A stretch of 52,519 bases of DNA. Origin: Solirubrobacterales bacterium (lineage in GTDB: Bacteria; Actinomycetota; Thermoleophilia; Solirubrobacterales; Solirubrobacteraceae). Positions 7,840 to 16,634 of the stretch are shown in pieces. The notes beneath the pieces were generated by a model. It worked only from the letters and a program-made list of their open reading frames with translations, did not search any database and was not told where the DNA came from. Every line of letters begins with the position of its first letter. Position 1 is the first letter of the stretch. The translations under genes were made by a program, and so were the position numbers. The stretch is taken from positions 1 to 52,519 of the forward strand of contig JAOPZW010000375.1 of NCBI GenBank assembly GCA_025963905.1, written 5' to 3'.

Positions 7840-9072
7840 ATGAGGCACAAGCGATGGGCATCCCTGCTGACCCTGGTTGCGGCGGCGGGTGGGCTGGCGG
7901 CGTGCGGGTCGAGTCACGACGGCGGCTCGACCGGTTCGAGCGGCTCGAGCGGGGGCGGAGGCGCGGCGCTGAAGATCGCGCTCGTCCCGCCGACCGGCGG
8001 CGCGCTCGAGCAGCTCGGCAAGAACGCGGTGCGCGGCTGGCAGTATGCGGCGGCCGAGGCCAACGCGAAGGGCGGCATCGCCGGTCACAAGGTCGAGATC
8101 GTCACCAGCTCGACCGACGGCCAGCCGAACACGACGCTGCGCGCCGTGCGCAAGCTCGTGACGCAGAACGGCGCCAAGTACGTCAGCGGCATCGTGACCT
8201 CGCCGGAGGTCGGCGCGCTGCAGCAGCAGCTCCCGGCGCTCGGCGCGCTCGCCCTGCTCGGCGACGGCCAGGACGACGCGCTCACCGGCGCCAATTGCAA
8301 CGCCAACGCGTTCCGCGCGACGCAGTCGGCCTCGATGCTGCTGGCCGGCTTCCAGCAGATGCTCACCAAGTCCAAGGCGCAGAAGTGGGCGATCCAGGCG
8401 GTCGACTACTCGACCGGGCACACCGCGGCCAAGCTGTTCCAGACGGCGGCGGAGAAGGCGGGCAAGAAGGTCGTCCTCGTGCAGTTCGCGCCGCTGGGCA
8501 CGACCGACTTCGGGTCATACATCTCGAAGATCCGCGCATCGGGCGCCGACGGCTTCTTTGGCCTCGTCCCGTCGCTGGACGGCGTCGCCTTCATCAACCA
8601 GGCGTCGCAGTTCAAGCTCTTCGACACCTTCAAGTCGGTGTTCTCCTACAACATGGTCACCGAGCCCAATCTCCCGACGCTCGGTGCCAAGACCGTCGGC
8701 TTCCTGTCGAACCTCGGATACGACGAGTCCTCGACCAACCCCATGAACAAGTCGTTCGTCGCGGGGTTCCAGAAGCAGTTTGGCGGCGTGCCTGAGACGG
8801 TGGCGGCCGACAACTACCTCGCGGCGCAGCTGCTGTTCGCCGGCGTCAAGAAGGCCGGGAGCGTCGACCCGCAGAAGGTCAAAGCGGCCCTCGACGGCAT
8901 CTCGTTCGACTCGTTCGTCGGCCCCGTGACGATGGGCGCCGACCACCAGCTCGTGCGACCCGCCTACATCGCCGAGGTCGCCAAGGGCGGCGACGGCTAC
9001 GTCTTCAAGACCGTCGCCGCCATCCCCAGCAGCGTCACCCGCCCGACCCCCGACCAGGCTTGCAAGCTCTAG
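7840..9072 (+). CDS. LivJ/Peripla_BP_6-type ABC substrate-binding lipoprotein (SBP1)
   Basis: ATG 7840 is preceded by GGAGGA (7827..7832). Signal peptide with lipobox LAAC, then a Gly/Ser linker. Type-I PBP blocks are present (KIALVPPTGGALEQLGK, ANAKGGIAGHKV, FAPLGTTDFGSYISKI). Confidence 0.9.
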   Translation: MRHKRWASLLTLVAAAGGLAACGSSHDGGSTGSSGSSGGGGAALKIALVPPTGGALEQLGKNAVRGWQYAAAEANAKGGIAGHKVEIVTSSTDGQPNTTLRAVRKLVTQNGAKYVSGIVTSPEVGALQQQLPALGALALLGDGQDDALTGANCNANAFRATQSASMLLAGFQQMLTKSKAQKWAIQAVDYSTGHTAAKLFQTAAEKAGKKVVLVQFAPLGTTDFGSYISKIRASGADGFFGLVPSLDGVAFINQASQFKLFDTFKSVFSYNMVTEPNLPTLGAKTVGFLSNLGYDESSTNPMNKSFVAGFQKQFGGVPETVAADNYLAAQLLFAGVKKAGSVDPQKVKAALDGISFDSFVGPVTMGADHQLVRPAYIAEVAKGGDGYVFKTVAAIPSSVTRPTPDQACKL

Positions 9073-9092
9073 CGAGAGGCGACCACCACAAC

Positions 9093-10124
9093 ATGATCAC
9101 CGCAGCGGATTCCGAGTTCCACCCGCGGGACCCGGCGGACTGGCGCTGGACCGAGACGACCCCACTGATCTTCTCGGTCCCGGAGGCGGGCATCCTCGCC
9201 AACGTCTACGTCGCCGCCCGGCCGGGGCTCGGCGTGGCGCTCTCGTCGGTCGCGGTCGGCCAGGGCTTCTGCCGGCAGCCCTACGAGATGGACTTCACCG
9301 ACGCGCAGATGCACTTGCCGTGCCCGGAGTCGTTCCTGAAGTACTCGCTGCCCAACGGGTTGTCGGTGGAGTTGACGAAGGCGCCGACCGAGTACCGCTT
9401 CCGCTACGAGTACCAGCTGGGCGACGCGTGCCGGTTCGACGTCGAGTTCCAGGCGCTGCACGACCCGTTCGACGCGACCGACCCCGACCACAACCCGGCG
9501 CTGCTCACCACGGTGGGCAGCGCCGCCGACGAGCGGCTGGGAGACGAGTGGGGCAACGCGTCGGGCACGGGCGCGCCGGCCTTCCCCAAGGGCCATTACG
9601 AGATGATGGGCCGGGTCACCGGCGAGCTGTGGCTGCGCGGCCGGCGCTACGACGTCGACTGCTACGACGTGATGGACCACAGCTTCGGGACGCGGACCGA
9701 GACCAGCAAGCGGGCCGTGTCCTACATCTCGGCGGTGTTCGGCCCCGACTACGGCATCCACCTCGCGGTGCCGATGGAGGTGACCGCGGGGGAGACGGTC
9801 TACGACGGGTTCCGGCTCGGCTACGTCATGGAGGACGGCGAGCTGTTCGGCGTCACCGACGCGGAGGTCGTCGCGTCGTCGGGAACCGACATGCTCCCGA
9901 TGAACAGCCACATCCGCGCGACCGACGTGCGCGGCAAGGAGCACGAGCTGCACGGGGCGGCCCTGGCCGGGCACCCGTGGTACTCGTTCAACCCGTCGCA
10001 CGTCTGCTTCCAGAGCCTGATGCGCTGGCACCACGGCGACCGGGTCGGGTACGGCGAGAAGGGTGACATCTTCGGCCTGGAGTTCCTGGCCGAGCGCAAG
10101 TCCCGCCACGGGCGGCGGCGATGA
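9093..10124 (+). CDS. Uncharacterised beta-rich protein, module copy 2
   Basis: ATG 9093 lies 20 nt after the SBP1 stop, with GAGAGG upstream. 343 aa, colinear with 4870..5904. Confidence 0.85.
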   Translation: MITAADSEFHPRDPADWRWTETTPLIFSVPEAGILANVYVAARPGLGVALSSVAVGQGFCRQPYEMDFTDAQMHLPCPESFLKYSLPNGLSVELTKAPTEYRFRYEYQLGDACRFDVEFQALHDPFDATDPDHNPALLTTVGSAADERLGDEWGNASGTGAPAFPKGHYEMMGRVTGELWLRGRRYDVDCYDVMDHSFGTRTETSKRAVSYISAVFGPDYGIHLAVPMEVTAGETVYDGFRLGYVMEDGELFGVTDAEVVASSGTDMLPMNSHIRATDVRGKEHELHGAALAGHPWYSFNPSHVCFQSLMRWHHGDRVGYGEKGDIFGLEFLAERKSRHGRRR

Positions 10125-11335
10125 CGGTGGCCGGCGTCGACCGCGACCGGCCCACGGCGGCGTCCATCGACGAGATGCGCCGCCGCTTCCCGACCGAGCG
10201 CGAGACCGACGCGCTGCTGGTCCGCAAGCTCCAGCGCCGCGCCGGCCCGCCGTACCGCCGGATCGCCAAGGACGAGCTCTCAGCGTGCCTGCGCGCGATG
10301 TTCGCCGACACGCTGCCGGGCACGTTCGCGGTCTCCGACGAGCGCTGGTTCACCGGCGGCGTGTCGAAGATCCAGCTCGGGTTCACGCTGGAGTGGGACG
10401 ATCCCAAGCGCGGGCGGTCACGGGACCGGCTCATGGTGCGGATGGACCCGTCGGAATCGCTGAACGCGACGAGCCGCGTGCGGGAGTACGAGCTCCTGCG
10501 GGCCTTCGACGGCGTGCTCCCGGTCCCGCGGGTCTTCGGGCTGGATCCCGCCGGCCGCTGGTTCCCGGAGCCAGCATTGTTGTACGCCTTCGTGGACGGC
10601 GTGACGCGGCCGACCGGCGCGACCTCCGGCCAGGTCTCCGGGTTGGGCACCAATTTCGGGCCCGCGCTCCGGGGGCGACTCGCGCCGCAGTTCCTGGAGC
10701 ATCTGGCGCGCGTCCACACCTTCGACCACGCGTCGGCGGACCTCACGGCGCTGGACCTCCCGCGCGCGGGAACGACGGAGAGCGCGCTGTGGCAGCTCAA
10801 CCGGGCGCGGCGCGTCTGGGAGGAGGACCGCGCCGACGACCTGCCGCTCATGGAGGTGGCGGCCAATTGGATGCAGCGGAACCTGCCGACCACGGACGTC
10901 GTCAGCGTCGTCCACGGCGACTTCCGCAGCGGCAACTTCCTGTTTGACGAGGCCACCGGCGAGATCCGCGCCTGGCTGGACTGGGAGCGCGCGCACCTCG
11001 GCGACCGCCACCGCGATCTGGCCTGGACGACGCAGGCGCTCTTCGGCCACTACGGCGCGGGCGACGATCGCGGAACCTACTACGTGTGCGGCCTGCTGCC
11101 CGTCGACACGTTCTACGAGCGCTACGAGGAGGCGTCGCGGTTGGTGGTCGACCACGACGCGCTCGCGTTCTACCGGATCCTCAACTGCTACCAGATCGTC
11201 GTCTCCACGCTCGCGACGGCCTACCGCGTGGCGCGCCTCGGGAAGTCCCACCAGGACATCCTCCTCGCGCGCGTCAGGGGCGAGGTGCCGATCGTCATCG
11301 GGGAGCTGCGCGCATTGCTGAAGGAGCGCCTGTGA
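10121..11335 (+). CDS. APH-fold phosphotransferase (ACAD10/11-N/LvaA-like), module copy 2
   Basis: ATGA overlap with 9093..10124. Contains VVHGDFRSGNFLFDEA and DWERAHLGDRHRDLAW. 404 aa. Confidence 0.9.
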   Translation: MTVAGVDRDRPTAASIDEMRRRFPTERETDALLVRKLQRRAGPPYRRIAKDELSACLRAMFADTLPGTFAVSDERWFTGGVSKIQLGFTLEWDDPKRGRSRDRLMVRMDPSESLNATSRVREYELLRAFDGVLPVPRVFGLDPAGRWFPEPALLYAFVDGVTRPTGATSGQVSGLGTNFGPALRGRLAPQFLEHLARVHTFDHASADLTALDLPRAGTTESALWQLNRARRVWEEDRADDLPLMEVAANWMQRNLPTTDVVSVVHGDFRSGNFLFDEATGEIRAWLDWERAHLGDRHRDLAWTTQALFGHYGAGDDRGTYYVCGLLPVDTFYERYEEASRLVVDHDALAFYRILNCYQIVVSTLATAYRVARLGKSHQDILLARVRGEVPIVIGELRALLKERL

Positions 11336-11928
11336 CCGCCAACCACATCCACAACGGTCTGGGGGCCGCGATCAAGGCGCTGCTCGACGTCGTCGCGCCG
11401 AGTGTCGACCCCGACGACCCGCTGGCCCACGAGCAGCTCCAGCTCGTCGTCGACTACCTCGAGCTCGTCCGCTCGCGCACCGACCTGATCTGGGACCGCG
11501 AGCGCCTGACGCTGCGCCACTACCTCGCGATGGCCGACGCGGTCGGGCCGTCCGTGTCGACGTGGCTGGACGGCGCGGCCTCCGCGGGCCGGCGCGCGCT
11601 CGGCGACGCCGACGCCGGTGTGCGTCCGCTGCGCGACGCGGCCGCCGAGCTGGCTGGCGCGCTCTCCGAACTCGTCCGGGCGCTCGGCGAGCCCGACGCC
11701 GACCCGGCGCTGTGCGCCCGCGTCGAGGTCGTCGTCGTCGACGCCAGCCAGGTCCTCGTGGACGTCGAGCGGGCGTGGTACCTGCCGCTCGGCTTTGACC
11801 CAGCGGCCGCAGAAGTGGGTTCGGTCGAAGCTGCGCTGCAGCACGCCACGGCCGAGCTCGACCGCGGTCCTCAGCCTGCCCTCTACCAGGGCGAGGGCCC
11901 CGGCACCGCACCCCAAGCACCTCGCTGA
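11332..11928 (+). CDS. All-helical partner protein, module copy 2
   Basis: The GTG at 11332 overlaps the kinase stop (GTGA), the same junction as copy 1. 198 aa with the conserved blocks listed for 7145..7678. Confidence 0.75.
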   Translation: MTANHIHNGLGAAIKALLDVVAPSVDPDDPLAHEQLQLVVDYLELVRSRTDLIWDRERLTLRHYLAMADAVGPSVSTWLDGAASAGRRALGDADAGVRPLRDAAAELAGALSELVRALGEPDADPALCARVEVVVVDASQVLVDVERAWYLPLGFDPAAAEVGSVEAALQHATAELDRGPQPALYQGEGPGTAPQAPR

Positions 11929-12108
11929 CCCGCCGCGCAGCTCGACGAGCGGTCGAAACGACCGCACCCGCCGCAGCCCGAATCCTCTGGCGTAGGCCCA
12001 ACCGCGGGCGAAGACGCGAAGGCACGTTATCCCGAGTCGCTCTCCTCGGCGCTGCCTGCGCGCTGCTCTGCACTCGGACCGGGAAGGAACCGACCGGCCC
12101 GCCTCGGC

Positions 12109-12124
12109 ATGCGCTGCAGCGCAT
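12109..12124. promoter_or_regulatory. 16-bp perfect palindrome ATGCGCTGCAGCGCAT in the 354-bp non-coding gap upstream of the GntR gene
   Basis: Read directly. This is the longest intergenic region in the window and has no GC3 coding signal. Confidence 0.3.
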
Positions 12125-12282
12125 CGCGCCAGACGTTGTTCCACGCGCGGCTGGCAGCTCGTGATGCACACCCGTCGCGAACGCTGCGCCCATTTCGACG
12201 CCTCCCGCGATCGTTGTGGGCTTCTCCAACGGGGCGCGGCGGGCGCGCCCGGCGCGGTGAACGCCGTTGTTAGGGTGGCGCG

Positions 12283-13068
12283 GTGAGTGGAGCATCGAGC
12301 ACACGGACGCTGACCGCGCGACGGGTCGCCGGACGCCGCGGACGCGACGATGGCACCGCCCGGCGGCTGCGGGACGTGCTGCGCCACAACATCGTGGCGG
12401 GGGTCTACCCCGACGGGCTCCTTCCCGGCGAGGCCGAGTTGATGGTGGCCTACGGCGCGCGCCGCGCGGCGGTCCGCGAGGCCCTTTCGATGCTGCGCCG
12501 CGAGCGCCTGGTCGAGCGTGTCCAGGGGATCGGCACGTTCTCGATCTGCGAGCAGCGCTACGCCTCGACGTTCGAGGAGATGCACGGCCACGTGGACGCG
12601 GACGCGGTCAGCCGTCGCGCCCGGCCGCAGATCCTGGAGCGCGCGGTGATCGCCGCGCCCGACGCGGTCGCGCACAAGCTCGGGATCGCGCCCGGCGAGC
12701 CGGTGGTGCTCCTGGAGTACCTGGGCTTCGTGGACGGCGTCGCGGTCTGGCTCGCCAGCAACTACGTCAAGCTCCCGCAGGGCGCGCCGCTGCTCGCCGC
12801 CGCGTTCGAGTCCGAGTGGTACGCCCTGCTCGCGTCGGCGGGCCTGCGCGTCGGGGGTTCGGAGTGGCACCTCAGCGCGGTGAACGTCGACGACGCGGTG
12901 GCCGAGCTGCTGGACGTCCCGTCGGGCACCGCGGTGATGCTCGCCGAGGAGCTGATCTGGGACGAGCAGGGCGAGGTGTATGACTTCGCCGTCTGCTACT
13001 TCCGCTCGGACCGGCACTGCTTCGTCTCCGCCGCCGGTCGGTTCGCGATGCGCGAAGCGTCCGCCTGA
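12283..13068 (+). CDS. GntR-family transcriptional regulator (HutC/UTRA-type effector domain)
   Basis: N-terminal wHTH LPGEAELMVAYGARRAAVREALSMLRRERLVERVQGIGTF, followed by a UTRA-like C-terminal domain. GTG 12283 is preceded by TAGGGT (12271..12276) plus 6 nt, a leaderless-type arrangement. Confidence 0.85.
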   Translation: MSGASSTRTLTARRVAGRRGRDDGTARRLRDVLRHNIVAGVYPDGLLPGEAELMVAYGARRAAVREALSMLRRERLVERVQGIGTFSICEQRYASTFEEMHGHVDADAVSRRARPQILERAVIAAPDAVAHKLGIAPGEPVVLLEYLGFVDGVAVWLASNYVKLPQGAPLLAAAFESEWYALLASAGLRVGGSEWHLSAVNVDDAVAELLDVPSGTAVMLAEELIWDEQGEVYDFAVCYFRSDRHCFVSAAGRFAMREASA

Positions 13069-13084
13069 CGCGGCGCGCCGGCCG

Positions 13085-13768
13085 ATGGGCGTCGCCTGGC
13101 TGTGCGCGTGCGACGAGCCCGTCGCCGCGACGGTCGCCGACCGGCTGGCGGAGCTCGGCTACACGCCGCGGCGCGCCGCCGCCACCGACCCCGAGGGCGC
13201 CGCGGCCGAGCTGCTCGCGGCCGCCGAGCCCGAGATCGCGGTCGTCACGGCCGGCCTCGACGGCGGTCCGCTCGCGGCCGAGGTCGTCGCCGCGCTGCGC
13301 GCCCGCTCGGCGCTCGAGGGCCTGCCGCTCCTGCTCGCGCTCGATGCCGCCGCGCTCGCGACGACGCCGGTGCCCGCGGGCGTCGACGAGGTCCTCGTCC
13401 TGCCCGCCGGCGCGGCCGAGCTGCGCCTGCGCATCGCTCGCGCCTGGCAGCGCACGGGCGCGACGGTCGACGGCGACGCGATCGCGCTGGACGGCCTGCG
13501 CCTGGACGTCGCGACGTACGAGACCACGATCGACGGCCGCCCCGTCGACCTGACGCCGATGGAGCACCGGCTCCTGCGTTTCCTGCTGACCCATCCGCGC
13601 CGCGTCTTCACGCGCGAGGCACTGCTGGACCGCGTCTGGGGCTATGACCACTACGGCGCGACGCGGACCGTGGACGTCCAGGTGCGGCGGCTGCGGGCCA
13701 AGCTCGGCGACGACTACGGCGCCGCGATCCAGACCGTGCGCGCGGTCGGCTACCGGCTCCAGCGCTGA
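13085..13768 (+). CDS. OmpR/PhoB-family winged-helix regulator with a degenerate (pseudo-)receiver domain
   Basis: The C-terminus reads LTPMEHRLLRFLLTHPRRVFTREALLDRVWGYDHYGATRTVDVQVRRLRAKL...VRAVGYRL. The receiver-like N-terminus lacks the phospho-acceptor Asp (VVTAGLDGG) and the conserved Thr and Lys by manual alignment to PhoB. Confidence 0.8.
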   Translation: MGVAWLCACDEPVAATVADRLAELGYTPRRAAATDPEGAAAELLAAAEPEIAVVTAGLDGGPLAAEVVAALRARSALEGLPLLLALDAAALATTPVPAGVDEVLVLPAGAAELRLRIARAWQRTGATVDGDAIALDGLRLDVATYETTIDGRPVDLTPMEHRLLRFLLTHPRRVFTREALLDRVWGYDHYGATRTVDVQVRRLRAKLGDDYGAAIQTVRAVGYRLQR

Positions 13769-13830
13769 CCGCGGCGGACCGTCGCGCAGACCCCGGCGAC
13801 ACGGCGCATCTCCGGCGCGTCGGTGCGCGA

Positions 13831-13862
13831 CGCGTTGCTCCACCAGGGCTGGCGCGTTGCTC
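13831..13862 (+). promoter_or_regulatory. Direct repeat CGCGTTGCTC x2 with 22-nt register
   Basis: Identical 10-mers at 13831..13840 and 13853..13862, between the OmpR-type regulator gene and SBP2. Confidence 0.35.
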
Positions 13863-13867
13863 GGCCC

Positions 13868-13889
13868 GGCGTAATCGCGGCGTAACCGC
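13868..13889 (+). promoter_or_regulatory. Tandem 11-bp direct repeats GGCGTAATCGC / GGCGTAACCGC
   Basis: 10 of 11 positions are identical, head to tail (one helical turn). The repeats lie ~55 nt upstream of the SBP2 start, the geometry typical of OmpR/PhoB-type boxes. Confidence 0.4.
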
Positions 13890-13942
13890 GCGGAGCGCGG
13901 CGTGTCGAGCGGCGCCCCGACGATGGCCCCGGAACGGTCGCC

Positions 13943-15181
13943 ATGCGAGAGGAGAGCACGTTGAGGTACAAGATCGCGGCAGCGCCGCTCGCGCTGCTGC
14001 TCGCGGCCGGGATGGCCGCCTGCGGGTCGTCGTCGCACGGCGGTGGGTCGAGCGGCGACGGCCCCGTGACCGTCGCGCTGATCCCGCCGCTCAGCGGCGC
14101 GCTCGGGCAGTTCGGCAAGGACACCGTGACCGCCTGGCAGTTCGCGGCCGACCAGGCCAACGCCAAGGGCGGCATCGACGGCCACGAGGTCAAGATCGTC
14201 ACGACCGCGACCGACGGGTCGCCGGGCACGACCGTCCGCCTCGCCCGCCAGGCCGTCGCCCAGCACGGCGCGCACTTCATCGGCGCGGTCATGACCGGAC
14301 CCGAGAACTCCGCGCTACAGAAGCAGCTGCCGGCGATGAACGCGCTCTCGTTCAACGGCACGGCCAACGACGACGTGCTCAACGAGGGCGAGTGCAGCGC
14401 CAACGCGTTCCGCGCGGTCCAGTCCGCGCAGATGGACATGAACGGGATCGTCAACACCCTCAAGTCGCTGCCCGGCGACAAGTGGGCGATCCAGGCGGTG
14501 GACTACTCGATCGGCCACAGCTCCGCCGACGCGTTCAAGGCCGCGGCGGCCAAGGCCGGCAAGCAGGTCGTGCTGACGCAGTTCGCGCCGCTCGGGACCA
14601 GCGACTTCGGGTCCTACATCACCAAGTTGAAGAGCAGTGGCGCCGACGCGCTGTTCAGCGTCACCTACGGCGCCGACGCGATCGCGCTCATCAACCAGGG
14701 CGCGCAGTTCAAGCTCTTCGACCAGTTCAAGACCGTCCTGGGCTTCAACCAGGTCTCCGAGCCGCTGTTCCCCGCCCTCGGCAAGAAGATCGATGGGTTC
14801 TACAACCAGGTCAACTACGACGTGGACGCGAGCAACGCGGACAACAAGGCCTTCGTCGCCGCGTGGACCAAGAAGTACGGGTCGCCGCCCTACTACGTCC
14901 CGGCGGATACCTACCTCGCCGCGCAGATGCTGTTCAAGGGCATCGAGCGGGCGCACAGCACCGACCCGCAGAAGGTCAAGGTCGCGCTGGGTGGCCTGTC
15001 GTTCGACAGCATCGCCGGGAAGGTGACGGTGCGGCCGCAGGACCACCAGCTGCTGCGCGCGTCCTACGTCGGCCAGGTCGTGCCCAAGACCGGCGGGCCC
15101 GGCGGCCTCGGGTTCAAGATCGTGGCGGAGACGCCGGCCAAGGTGACCACGCCCGCGGCGAGCCCGTCGTGCAAGTTGTAG
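13943..15181 (+). CDS. LivJ/Peripla_BP_6-type ABC substrate-binding lipoprotein (SBP2)
   Basis: Lipobox MAAC. Colinear with SBP1 and SBP3. An alternative start is TTG 13961, which has GAGAGGAGAG 5 nt upstream and gives MRYKIAAAPL..., parallel to the SBP1 N-terminus. Confidence 0.88.
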   Translation: MREESTLRYKIAAAPLALLLAAGMAACGSSSHGGGSSGDGPVTVALIPPLSGALGQFGKDTVTAWQFAADQANAKGGIDGHEVKIVTTATDGSPGTTVRLARQAVAQHGAHFIGAVMTGPENSALQKQLPAMNALSFNGTANDDVLNEGECSANAFRAVQSAQMDMNGIVNTLKSLPGDKWAIQAVDYSIGHSSADAFKAAAAKAGKQVVLTQFAPLGTSDFGSYITKLKSSGADALFSVTYGADAIALINQGAQFKLFDQFKTVLGFNQVSEPLFPALGKKIDGFYNQVNYDVDASNADNKAFVAAWTKKYGSPPYYVPADTYLAAQMLFKGIERAHSTDPQKVKVALGGLSFDSIAGKVTVRPQDHQLLRASYVGQVVPKTGGPGGLGFKIVAETPAKVTTPAASPSCKL

Positions 15182-16620
15182 GCCAGGACACCCCGCTGAC
15201 GCTGAGCGCCGCCGTGGCGGCTGTCCGCGACGGCGTGGTGACCAGCGCGCAACTCGTCGAGACCGCGCTTGCGGCGGCCGACGTGTGGGACCCGGTGATC
15301 GGGACCTACATCGCGCGCTTCGACAACGCGGCGCGCGCGGCGGCGGCGGATGCCGACCGGGCGCGCGCCGCCGGCGGGCCTGTCGGCCCGCTGCACGGCG
15401 TCCCGATCGCGGTCAAGGACATCCTCGCCACGCGCGAGGGGCCGACGACCGCGCAGAGCGTCGTCGCGGACCCCGCGTGGGGCGCCGGCACCGACGCGGT
15501 CGCGATCGCGCGCCTGCGCTCGGCAGGCGCGATCGTGATGGGCAAGACCTCGACGATGGAGTACGCGGTCGGCCTGCCCGACGCGACCAAGCCGTTCCCG
15601 GTCCCGCGCAACCCGTGGGACCCCGGCCGCTACACGGGCGGCTCGAGCTCGGGCAGCGCGAGCGGCCTCGCCGCCGGGCTCTTCCTCGGCGCGGTTGGCA
15701 CCGACACCGGCGGCAGCATCCGGATGCCGGCGGCGTTCTGCGGGGTCTCGGGCCTGAAGCCGACGTTCGGCCGCGTGCCGAAGTCCGGCTGCCTGCCGCT
15801 CGGCTTCAGCCTCGACCACGTCGGCCCGATGGCGCGGTCGGCGCGCGACTGCGCGCTGATGCTCGCGGCGATGGCCGGGCCGGACCCGAGCGACCGCCAG
15901 GCCGCCGACGTCGCGGTGGGCGGGTACGAGGCCGCGCTGACCGGCGAGCTGCGCGGACTGCGGATCGGCGTCGACTCGCTTGCGGCGCCCGCCGCGCACT
16001 GCCTGGACCCGGCCGTCCCGGTCGCGCTGGACGCGGCGGTCGAGGCGCTGCGCGACCGCGGCGCCGAGGTCGTCCCGGTCGCGCTGCCGTTCTACGACGA
16101 GCTGTGCACGGCCGACATCATCATCTTGATCTCCGAGGGCGCGGCGTTCCATATGCGCGACCTGCGGACGCGCTGGCAGGAGTACGCCGCCGGCACCCGG
16201 ATGGTGCTCGGCTCGGCGCCGCTCTACAGCGGCGCGGACTACGTCCAGGCCCAGCGCGCCCGCGAGCTGGGCCGGCAGGCGTTCGCCCGGCTGCTCGCCG
16301 GCGAGCAGCTCGACCTCGTCGTCACGCCGACGCTCGGCGTCGGCGCTGTGCCGATCGACGAGGCGGCCGACGTCGCGCTCGGCCCGAAGTGGCCGGCGAT
16401 GTTCACCCCGTACTGGAACGCGCTCGGCCTGCCGGCGCTGACCGTCCCGATGGGCTTCACCGGCGAGGGGCTGCCGATGGGCCTGCAGATCGCCGGCCCG
16501 GCGTTCCGCGAGGACGTCGTCCTGCGCGCCGGCGACGCCTACCAGACCGTCACCGACTGGCACCTGCGCGTCCCTGTCCCGCCCACCCGGACCCCGAGCC
16601 CGGCCGCGGCCGCGGCCTGA
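15169..16620 (+). CDS. Amidase-signature (GatA-like) family amidase
   Basis: Contains GVPIAVKDI and the signature GGSSSGSASGLAAGLFLGAVGTDTGGSIRMPAAFCG. The start is set at GTG 15169 (13-nt overlap with SBP2) because no ATG precedes the conserved N-terminus. Confidence 0.85.
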   Translation: MQVVGQDTPLTLSAAVAAVRDGVVTSAQLVETALAAADVWDPVIGTYIARFDNAARAAAADADRARAAGGPVGPLHGVPIAVKDILATREGPTTAQSVVADPAWGAGTDAVAIARLRSAGAIVMGKTSTMEYAVGLPDATKPFPVPRNPWDPGRYTGGSSSGSASGLAAGLFLGAVGTDTGGSIRMPAAFCGVSGLKPTFGRVPKSGCLPLGFSLDHVGPMARSARDCALMLAAMAGPDPSDRQAADVAVGGYEAALTGELRGLRIGVDSLAAPAAHCLDPAVPVALDAAVEALRDRGAEVVPVALPFYDELCTADIIILISEGAAFHMRDLRTRWQEYAAGTRMVLGSAPLYSGADYVQAQRARELGRQAFARLLAGEQLDLVVTPTLGVGAVPIDEAADVALGPKWPAMFTPYWNALGLPALTVPMGFTGEGLPMGLQIAGPAFREDVVLRAGDAYQTVTDWHLRVPVPPTRTPSPAAAAA

Positions 16621-16634
16621 GCGAGCAGCACTCG

